This document shows positions 44,250 through 51,020 of a stretch of DNA of 51,020 bases, one piece after another. A program made the position numbers and the translations under genes. This DNA comes from Blastocatellia bacterium (lineage in GTDB: Bacteria; Acidobacteriota; Blastocatellia; UBA7656): NCBI GenBank assembly GCA_036554605.1, contig DATBMY010000447.1, positions 1 to 51,020 on the forward strand, given 5' to 3'. A model generated the notes under the pieces. The model searched no databases, was not told the origin of the DNA, and was given only the letters and a program-made list of their open reading frames with translations. Position 1 is the stretch's first letter, and every line of letters starts with the position of its first letter.

Positions 44250-45170
44250 ATGAAACTCATGCTTCGCGTTGCGGTCGTCGTCTCGGCCTTTATACTCGTC
44301 TCGCTCTCCACCCCTGCCTCGGCCTGGCAGGATGATGACAAAGCCGAACCCGTTGCTAAGGGGGCTGACCTTTACTGCACAGGCTTCATATCCGATGCGT
44401 CTCCTCGCGCCGACCTCCAGATAATAGGCGCCGTACAAGAGAATATGAAAGCCACCTACGCGCAGGGCGACGTAGTATTCTTAAGTAAGGGGCGCGAAGC
44501 CGGAGTCCAGCCCGGCGCGGTCTATTACATAATTCGCCCGCTCGGCTTGATAAAGCATCCCTTCTCGAAGAAGAAGCTCGGCCACTATGTCAGGGAGCTA
44601 GGGCTGCTCAGGGTCCTCGAGGTCAGCTCCAAGACTTCGACCGCTGAGATACTGGTGTCGTGCGATATCGTAGAGTTCGGCGACCTGCTCAAACCGTATG
44701 AGGAGATGGAGTCTCCCACTCGGCGCGAGCACCGGCCGCTGCCTCGCTACGGCGAAGGCTCGGGCGGAGTGACGGGCCAGATAGTGATGTCGCCCGGCTT
44801 TTACGAAAACCTGTCGGCCAATCGCGTGGTCTTCTTAGACCTCGGCGCGCGTCAGGACGTACAGCCCGGAGATTACTTTACGATCTATCGCGAGATCGGG
44901 CCGCGCGAGGGCATCACCGTCACGCCGAAGGATGATGTGGTCAAAGATCGCAGCCGCGGCTATAGCAGCGACCGTTATCGCGGAGGCAACCTGTCGGTGC
45001 AGGCGCCGCGCAAGCCTCTCGAAGATGTGCTCAAGACCCGGCCCGAAATACCGCGCAAGGTGCTGGGCGAGCTCGTTGTCTTGAAGGTCGAAAAGAATAC
45101 TTGCGTCGCTAAGATCACTCGCACGACGGACGTGGTTACCATAGGCGATTTCGTAGAGCGCGCGAATTGA
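44250..45170 (+). CDS. secreted protein of unknown function with an internal two-fold repeat
   Basis: SD AAAGGAG and signal peptide MKLMLRVAVVVSAFILVSLSTPASA. Two similar modules: GDVVFLSKGREAGVQPGAVYYIIRP...LRVLEVSSKTSTAEILVSCDIVEFGDLLKP and NRVVFLDLGARQDVQPGDYFTIYRE...LVVLKVEKNTCVAKITRTTDVVTIGDFVE. Confidence 0.7.
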   Translation: MKLMLRVAVVVSAFILVSLSTPASAWQDDDKAEPVAKGADLYCTGFISDASPRADLQIIGAVQENMKATYAQGDVVFLSKGREAGVQPGAVYYIIRPLGLIKHPFSKKKLGHYVRELGLLRVLEVSSKTSTAEILVSCDIVEFGDLLKPYEEMESPTRREHRPLPRYGEGSGGVTGQIVMSPGFYENLSANRVVFLDLGARQDVQPGDYFTIYREIGPREGITVTPKDDVVKDRSRGYSSDRYRGGNLSVQAPRKPLEDVLKTRPEIPRKVLGELVVLKVEKNTCVAKITRTTDVVTIGDFVERAN

Positions 45171-45245
45171 TAAAAGAAGCTAAGGCCCAGTCAGGACTGT
45201 AATTCTCGTACGTGAGTTTCTAGAGCGTCCCTGAAAAGTCCCGCA

Positions 45246-45330
45246 GGGGCGAGATGTTTATAGCAACAGGCGTAAATAGAATCCTAGCGGCGGTAGGAGC
45301 GGCATAAAACATTTCGCTCCTACCGCGGCT
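45246..45330. repeat. REP-like intergenic element: inverted copies of a ~20-nt motif (GGRGCGARATGTTT(T)AT..C) plus a 12-15-bp hairpin that doubles as terminator
   Basis: GGGGCGAGATGTTTATAGC (45246-45264) versus the reverse complement of 45301-45320, GGAGCGAAATGTTTTATGCC. Hairpin GCGGTAGGAGCG-N13-CGCTCCTACCGC (45290-45326). Confidence 0.55.
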
Positions 45331-45340
45331 CACTTTTCGG

Positions 45341-47713
45341 CTACTTGTTCTGCCGGTTCGAATCCCTCATCCTGATGAGCATCTGAAGCTCTTCCCGGCT
45401 CTTCTTTAATTCATCGGCGCTGACTTCGGCCTTGCTCAACTCTATGTATCTGGAAAGGTGAGTTACGGCCGGGGCGAATTTCTGGTCGCTCCGATATGCC
45501 TGAGAGAGATAGTAGTGAGCCAGCGGCAGCGTGGCCATCTTGATCGCCGATTCGCCCTCTTCAATCGCGCGCTTGAGATCGCCTTTCAAAAGGTGATTGA
45601 GCGAGCTTGTTTGAAGCACAAGCGCCATACGCGCTTTGTCGCCTTTCGCCATCTGTTTTGCGGCGTTGAGCGCGGTCCTCGCCTCGTCGAGCTGCGCGCT
45701 GTAATCCTTCCCCGATTCCGTGTCGTAGTAGGCGAGCCGCGTCAGCGCTTCGCCCACCTTGTGATTGACCTCGGCCATCGCCGATTCGTTGCGGAAGCGC
45801 CCGCCCCCGAATATCAGGTGCGATATTGAAAGCCCTTTGAGCGAACGCGCCGCCGCAATCTTCTTCTTCGATACCTGAGCGAAAAGCGCCAGCGCAAGCT
45901 TCGCCTCGTCGACGGCTTTTTGTAGCTTGTCGACCGACTCCTGGTGCATAAGCACGTCCGCAAGTATGAGGTGAGCGGGGGCGGAGTTCGGGTTGTTCTT
46001 GATGGCGTTGCGCAGCTCGCGCTCCGCGCCTATCATATCGCGCCGGAAGAAGAGCACGTCGCCCAGTACCACGCGCGGAAAGTCCCAGTACGGATGGCGC
46101 TTGATGATCTCTTTCAGTCGCGCCTCGACCTCGGTCGGGTCGAGGTTCAGGTTGAACTTGGCCTCCAGCAGCAGCGTCTCCGCCTCATAGTCGGTCTTGC
46201 GCGCCGCGACCGCCTGTTGAAAGCTCCTTACGGCGTCGGCCTTTCGCCCGAGCGATTGCTCGGCGCGCCCGCGATAAACGAGCGCGTCCGGATACGACCC
46301 GTTGCTGCGTTTGATCGCCTCGTCAAGTTTCTGTATGGCCTTATCCATCTCTTGCCGGTTGAATAGATCTACGCCGTCAAGGAAAAGCTCGCGCGCTTCC
46401 TTCGATATGTTTTGATCGTCGGTGACCGAAACGCTGGTTATAGCGTCAATCTCTTCCGGAGGCGGCGCGAGCGATTCTTCCTCGCCGCTGCTGAAAGCGA
46501 GGTTTACTTCGACGAACCTCGTTTTGCCTGACTGGACCCTTGCGCGGCGCTGGCGGGTGACGCTGCCGTGCGTGAATGAAAGCAACCGCTCGCCGCCCGG
46601 GACTCGCCGCGTAATCTCTCTGGTGTTATTGATGGTCCCAACGGCCGCGCCGTCTATCGATACGGTGACGCCTTCAAGCTCGGGCGCGCGGATGACGATG
46701 GAGCCGCAATCGGCCGGGTTATTGCAACTGCTCGGCACTATGGAGAGCGGTATGTCATTGGCCTCGATAGATGTCGTATTGCCGCCGGGGTGCTGCGTGT
46801 TATTGGTAAACTCCGGAACTTTGTCGCGAACATAATTCTTCAGCTCCACATAAGTGACCATGCCGTCCGAGTCTTTATCCGCGTTGCCGCGCAAGCCTTC
46901 GAGCAGGCAGTAAGTGAAGACGCCCTGGCCCTGGCCTCGTCCCTGGCTCAGGTTGTCGTACTCGCCCGCGGTCTCGGTCTGGTCCGCGGCCCAGATGAAT
47001 CCGACGCCGCTGCCCTCATTCAATTTTAGCCGCTCGACAAGAATGCTGTTAGCGCGGACGGTGGCCTCGCCCCCTCGCCCCGGCATAACCATCCCCGCGC
47101 TGTGACAGGTGTCGGAAAGCACTATGCCTTTCTTTGCCGGTATCTCGCGCACGGCCTGTTGAAAAGCTTCCATAGGCATCCCCGTCCGCGCCATGTCGCG
47201 AAGATCGCTGTCATACAACACAAAGTATGGCAGCTCTTTCGTCCTGCCCTCTTTCGCGTCGTACTGCGGCGAAAGGACTCCGTGAGCGGCGATGAATATC
47301 ATGAAAAAATCATCGGCCCGCGCGCGCGCTTTTAATAATTTGATGGCCGATTCGACCTCGGTTCTTGTCGCCTGCTCATCTTTGAGCAGAAGGATGTGAT
47401 CTTCGGGAAACGCCCCGCCCTCTTCGCTCCTGAGAAAATCCGCTATGGCCTGCGCGTCGTCCGCGGCGTTCTTGAGGTTTTTTATCTCATACCCGCCGAG
47501 GTTCTGGTCGCCGTTCTTGTAGCGCGAGACGCCGATCAGCACTGCCCATAGCTGGATGTTCTTCGCGCGCCCGCTCGCAATCTCAACCTTCGTCGCCCCG
47601 ATTCTCTTCAGCCCGCGCTCGCGCCCGTCCTGAGCCAGCGCGGTTGCTGTCACGGCCAGTGTAACGATCAGGCCGGTCATTAGCGCGAAATCGATCCTGT
47701 GAGATCTTCTCAT
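45341..47713 (-). CDS. secreted caspase-family (peptidase C14) protease with PEGA-like domain and C-terminal TPR repeats
   Basis: ATG 47713 with SD GGGGGAG and a signal peptide. Catalytic dyad contexts FIAAHGV (His) and LSDTCHSAG (Cys). VIRAPELEGVTVSIDGAAVGT...RFVEVNL is PEGA-like, followed by ~350 aa of TPR-like repeats. Confidence 0.82.
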   Translation of the reverse strand: MRRSHRIDFALMTGLIVTLAVTATALAQDGRERGLKRIGATKVEIASGRAKNIQLWAVLIGVSRYKNGDQNLGGYEIKNLKNAADDAQAIADFLRSEEGGAFPEDHILLLKDEQATRTEVESAIKLLKARARADDFFMIFIAAHGVLSPQYDAKEGRTKELPYFVLYDSDLRDMARTGMPMEAFQQAVREIPAKKGIVLSDTCHSAGMVMPGRGGEATVRANSILVERLKLNEGSGVGFIWAADQTETAGEYDNLSQGRGQGQGVFTYCLLEGLRGNADKDSDGMVTYVELKNYVRDKVPEFTNNTQHPGGNTTSIEANDIPLSIVPSSCNNPADCGSIVIRAPELEGVTVSIDGAAVGTINNTREITRRVPGGERLLSFTHGSVTRQRRARVQSGKTRFVEVNLAFSSGEEESLAPPPEEIDAITSVSVTDDQNISKEARELFLDGVDLFNRQEMDKAIQKLDEAIKRSNGSYPDALVYRGRAEQSLGRKADAVRSFQQAVAARKTDYEAETLLLEAKFNLNLDPTEVEARLKEIIKRHPYWDFPRVVLGDVLFFRRDMIGAERELRNAIKNNPNSAPAHLILADVLMHQESVDKLQKAVDEAKLALALFAQVSKKKIAAARSLKGLSISHLIFGGGRFRNESAMAEVNHKVGEALTRLAYYDTESGKDYSAQLDEARTALNAAKQMAKGDKARMALVLQTSSLNHLLKGDLKRAIEEGESAIKMATLPLAHYYLSQAYRSDQKFAPAVTHLSRYIELSKAEVSADELKKSREELQMLIRMRDSNRQNK

Positions 47714-47817
47714 ACTGCTCCCCCTAAAATATGGAGAGCGCGAGTCGAGCCGCACGCGCTCAAAACGCGCTCGCAAAGCAATGCATCAAAAATATTGCCT
47801 GCTATTCAAGCAAGCCT

Positions 47818-48855
47818 TCAGGGCCTTACTACCGGCGGGGGCACCGGGCGAATAGGCTCCGACGAATCTTCAAATGGGTCCGCGATGATAATAGCCGCGC
47901 CCGCGCCAGCGGCAGCGGCGGCCACCAGCAGCGAATTGCGCGCGTTCCAAAATGTGTTTTGCTTGACATCGACGTTATAGGTGAACGACACCCGAGTACC
48001 TTCTATGCTAACCGCAATCGCGCCGACACAACGTGCCGCGCCGACCGTCCACGGCGCGGTCGCGATGCCCTGGCTGTCGGTCCGCTCGCGCGATGTCTGA
48101 CCGGCGCCGGCCCCGACTCCGATTGTGCCGAGACAGGGATCGCCAAGCGAAAAGATCACGGCCACATCCGGGACCGGCCTGTCGTTTTCGTCCGTCACCT
48201 GTATCTGTATCTGGCGAGTGCTGCGCGCGGCGACGCTTAGGCGCGCGCCCTGTCCCGCGGGCGGGCGCAGGCGATAGTTGGCCTGCGCTCCCGACGATTG
48301 AGTGACTATAAGCTCGCCCGCGAGGGCCTCTTCCGACGCCATCCCGTCTTCGACCGTCACGCGAAAATCGGCCTTCGCCGAGGCCAGCAATTGCTTGCCG
48401 CCGGCTTCGACGTAAGCGCCGGCTTCATCACCGAGGCGAGCGCGCATCATTCCATTTATCAGCGACGCGATCAGGATGTGACGCCCCTCGGTTTCGGGGT
48501 CGCCCGGCGCTGAAGCAAAGCGGGCCAGAGCGCCGGAGCCGAGCGTCACCTCTCCCACTTTATCGAATGACACCCGCGCGCGCGCGCCCTTCGGAACGCT
48601 TATCAGCTCGCCGCCCCAGAGGTGCTGCTCGCGCTCGACCACCCGGCCGTCGACGGCCACCATCGCCCGGTTGCCCGCATCGGCCACCGTCTGTATAAAG
48701 GTGTTAGAGACTCGGATTATCCCGATGGGGCCGGTTCTCCCGCTTGCGAAAAGCCGGATCGTGTCGTCACCCGCTGTTGCCTTATTCGGCAGCGCGACGG
48801 CAATTAATGCGACTGTCACAAGCAACACCGTTGATGCTCTTCTAAGGTTGTTCAT
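47818..48855 (-). CDS. signal-peptide protein with FecR-like domain, Big_1-like Ig domain and C-terminal hydrophobic anchor
   Basis: Strong SD GAGAGGAGAG. GGELISVPKGARARVSFDKVGEVTLGSGALARF is FecR-like. IQIQVTDENDRPVPDVAVIFSL...RTDSQGIATAPWTVG is invasin/intimin Ig-like. The tail is LLVAAAAAGAGAAIIIA + Pro-rich. Confidence 0.7.
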   Translation of the reverse strand: MNNLRRASTVLLVTVALIAVALPNKATAGDDTIRLFASGRTGPIGIIRVSNTFIQTVADAGNRAMVAVDGRVVEREQHLWGGELISVPKGARARVSFDKVGEVTLGSGALARFASAPGDPETEGRHILIASLINGMMRARLGDEAGAYVEAGGKQLLASAKADFRVTVEDGMASEEALAGELIVTQSSGAQANYRLRPPAGQGARLSVAARSTRQIQIQVTDENDRPVPDVAVIFSLGDPCLGTIGVGAGAGQTSRERTDSQGIATAPWTVGAARCVGAIAVSIEGTRVSFTYNVDVKQNTFWNARNSLLVAAAAAGAGAAIIIADPFEDSSEPIRPVPPPVVRP

Positions 48856-48885
48856 ATCTCTCCTCTCGCGCGCGCCACGGTCCTG

Positions 48886-51020
48886 TTATCTTCTTTGTCG
48901 AGCGGCGGCCGTTCCGCTGCACGCGGAGCCGACAGCGCCTGACGTAGCCGTCGCGCTCGACTCGTCGTCAAACACGGTCACGCGAACGGTTCGCACCCGC
49001 GGGTTATCCGAAGCGCCCGTGAACCTCTGCGTGATGGTGAAGCTCTGCCCTCGCGCTATGCCGCGCTCGGCAATGTTCTGCTCCAGATTATTTATTGTGA
49101 ACGACGAGCCGACCGCGCGGCCCGCGCTATCAAGGAATTGATAGGTTGCGCGCATCACGTTGCGATTCGAGTCGTAAGCCGCAAATCGCACCGTGAATTC
49201 GTCGCCCGACCGGCATAGCGTCACGACCGGCGCGGCGGACGGGTCAGCCGGGTCTATCAACCTCACTTTTTTCTTGACCCGGCCGACGAGCGCGATGCTT
49301 ACCTGCTGGGTCGTGTTCGTCTGGATCGTCAGCACATCGTTGACCTCATCGGGTAACAGGTCTCTCACCGCGGGCTGGGTGCCTTCCGGGATGACGGCCG
49401 GGATTACCGGATTGAACGACACGCGAATCACGACCGTCCCGCCCGGCGCGACGTTGACCGGGAGGCTTGAGCCGCTTGAGGTCGTGACCATAAAGACGCC
49501 GCTGTTGTCGGCCCTCCTTTGATTGCCGGTTACGCGCTCAAGCGTCGCCGAGCGAAGCTCAAGCGTAGAGCATCCGGCATTGGCAATAGTAAAGGTCTGC
49601 GTTTCAGGATTGCCGCGCGGAGTTCCGCGCGCGCGCACCCGCTTGAAGCGCAGCTCAGTTACATTGCCCTGTATGACGGCGCTGGCTGGGGCGGTGGCAT
49701 TGCCCGTCAGCTCGATTGTTATCTCAGGCTCGAACGGATCGTTGGTCGCCAGTATCAGGCATGCCCGGACCGCGCCGCACGCGTTCGGATTGACCGTGAC
49801 GTTTATGGTTGCCGTCTCGCCCGGATCTATGGGGCCGGTCGGGCAGCCGGACAAAGTAAATCGCGCGCTCTGGTCAGGATCGGTATCACTGCATCTTCTT
49901 ATCACGCATCCATCAAAACTGAGCGGAGCCGTTCCGGTGTTCATCACCTCGACCATCCTCGTCGTCGGCGCGTTGAGAGGCACGTTGCCGAACGCGAGCG
50001 GGCTCGTAGTTTCGGCGTCGGGACGAGGCAGCTTCGTCTCTTCGCTATCGAACATTATCTCCGACGTGTTGGCCGAGCGGTCGGCGACGTTATCTATCGC
50101 GGGCCGGTCAATCACCGTCGCGGTGTATATGCCCGTTGGCGAAGCGGGTATATCAGCCGCGGTGAACTCACCGTTATCATCTACATCGGCTTGCGCAAGA
50201 AACGACACGCCGTCGATAACGATACTTTCGTCGACTATGCGGAACACGGTCACCGCGAAAAGCTCTACTTTCGCGCCCGCGGCGGGCGGGCTGTTCAATT
50301 TTCCGGTGACGGTCACGGTGTCGCCCTCGCCGGTTACCACGCTCAAAGAGTCCGTAAAATTCAGGAGCGTGTTTGGCCCTTCGTCTTCGTCTCCGTCGTC
50401 ATTGGGAGTAGGCCCATCGCCGTCAAGATCTATCAGGGCCGCGGGCGGATCGTCCTCGTCCGGAACGGGACGGGTAATCGCGTTGCGCGAAATCAGGTTG
50501 CGAAGATTCGACCCCACCATTCGCCCATCCAGGCTATCGAGGACGAGCACGCCCGTCGGATTATCCTCCAGCGCGTTCTGCTCTACGCGGTTATGGCCCA
50601 CTGTGTCGTTCGGGCATGCGGGCGCGATAGTGACGGCCGCGCGCGTGAAATTGATGAGCCTGATGCCGCGCACCGTGTCTCGATTCGAGCGAATCCACAA
50701 TCCGTCGGCGATCTTGTTCTGCCCGTCGATGGTCACGCCCGGCTGGCAGCCCTGCGGGTCATCATCGGGCGCGACGCACCCGTCGATTATAATGTCGGGC
50801 CACGCGAGCTGAGGCAGCGCGGAATCGAGCAAGATCGTCTCGTCGTTGAGTTCGGGGGCGAAAGTGATAGTAGCCGCGCCGCCGTTGCAATTGGCGAGCT
50901 CGATGGCCTGCCTGAGCGAAAGCTCACCCGTAGCCGGCGGCGCGCCGGGCGCGCTATCCGCCTCGGTCGTCACTACGAGCGAGAGCGGCATGACAGGCCC
51001 GAGAACTATGCGGCGCGCCA
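48886..51020 (-). CDS. large secreted CSLREA-motif/beta-helix protein with choice-of-anchor-D (HYDIN/PapD-like) Ig domains; N-terminus outside the window
   Basis: The frame stays open upstream of the first Met to position 51020. GELSLRQAIELANCNGGAATITF is the CSLREA-type motif, DLDGDGPTPNDDGDEDEGPNTLLNF follows, and two LxFGxV...N.G...L segments occur further on. Confidence 0.75.
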   Translation of the reverse strand, partial: ARRIVLGPVMPLSLVVTTEADSAPGAPPATGELSLRQAIELANCNGGAATITFAPELNDETILLDSALPQLAWPDIIIDGCVAPDDDPQGCQPGVTIDGQNKIADGLWIRSNRDTVRGIRLINFTRAAVTIAPACPNDTVGHNRVEQNALEDNPTGVLVLDSLDGRMVGSNLRNLISRNAITRPVPDEDDPPAALIDLDGDGPTPNDDGDEDEGPNTLLNFTDSLSVVTGEGDTVTVTGKLNSPPAAGAKVELFAVTVFRIVDESIVIDGVSFLAQADVDDNGEFTAADIPASPTGIYTATVIDRPAIDNVADRSANTSEIMFDSEETKLPRPDAETTSPLAFGNVPLNAPTTRMVEVMNTGTAPLSFDGCVIRRCSDTDPDQSARFTLSGCPTGPIDPGETATINVTVNPNACGAVRACLILATNDPFEPEITIELTGNATAPASAVIQGNVTELRFKRVRARGTPRGNPETQTFTIANAGCSTLELRSATLERVTGNQRRADNSGVFMVTTSSGSSLPVNVAPGGTVVIRVSFNPVIPAVIPEGTQPAVRDLLPDEVNDVLTIQTNTTQQVSIALVGRVKKKVRLIDPADPSAAPVVTLCRSGDEFTVRFAAYDSNRNVMRATYQFLDSAGRAVGSSFTINNLEQNIAERGIARGQSFTITQRFTGASDNPRVRTVRVTVFDDESSATATSGAVGSACSGTAAARQRR

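Noticed and set aside
47818-48855. Idea that the gene next to the caspase-TPR protease is a bacterial gasdermin (known caspase-gasdermin defence pairing)
   Set aside because: The protein has a cleavable signal peptide, FecR-like and Ig-like domains and a C-terminal anchor, and the protease itself is exported. Nothing resembles the cytoplasmic gasdermin fold or context.
49523-50812. 429-aa plus-strand ORF antisense to the CSLREA/beta-helix gene
   Set aside because: A Ser/Val/Pro-rich shadow frame of a well-supported minus-strand gene.
1-51020. Scan for CRISPR arrays, tRNA/rRNA genes, IS elements and reverse transcriptases
   Set aside because: I saw no regularly spaced direct repeats, no T-loop GGTTCGAAT-type motifs in a cloverleaf context, no rRNA-like stretches, and no DDE/transposase, integrase or RT motifs in any frame.

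Overview
GC-rich 51-kb chromosomal segment (high 50s to about 60 % GC by eye). It most likely comes from an Acidobacteria-like soil bacterium: it encodes a TIGR03436-style VWFA-related acidobacterial protein, an Oar-like CarboxypepD_reg/TonB-dependent receptor, a TMTC-like TPR glycosyltransferase and many secreted TPR/EF-hand proteins. I can support 46 protein-coding genes (two cut by the window edges) and about a dozen intrinsic terminators or regulatory palindromes. I found no rRNA, tRNA, CRISPR array, transposase or integrase. Most of the window is ordinary housekeeping or envelope content: hbd, a Sad/YneI-type SSADH, der, yraN, a galT-like gene, murJ, a family-4 UDG, a TetR-HlyD-ABC operon, an NtrC-type regulator and an M28 peptidase. 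Three blocks look accessory. (1) 13.17-16.3 kb is a compact, integrase-less module and my best candidate for an undescribed damage- or phage-inducible recombination/defence system; the alternative is a prophage remnant. An XRE repressor and an ImmA/IrrE-type metallopeptidase (with a non-canonical EExxH site) face a divergent promoter/operator region. On the other side is an operon of two tiny acidic/coiled-coil ORFs, a SWIM-zinc-finger::Rad52-family annealase fusion and an unknown wHTH-like protein. (2) 45.3-51.0 kb is an operon of a giant secreted CSLREA/beta-helix protein, a FecR-like/Big-like anchored protein and a secreted caspase(C14)-PEGA-TPR protease. (3) 35.2-41.0 kb is a cluster of ECF sigma, anti-sigma, a Spy/CpxP-like protein, an Oar-like receptor and a six-EF-hand protein, with a recognisable ECF-type promoter. 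Several gene-free stretches (34.64-35.11 kb, 26.0-26.44 kb, 12.76-13.17 kb) carry structured elements that no ORF explains. All functional calls come from motif recognition by eye; none has been checked by database search.
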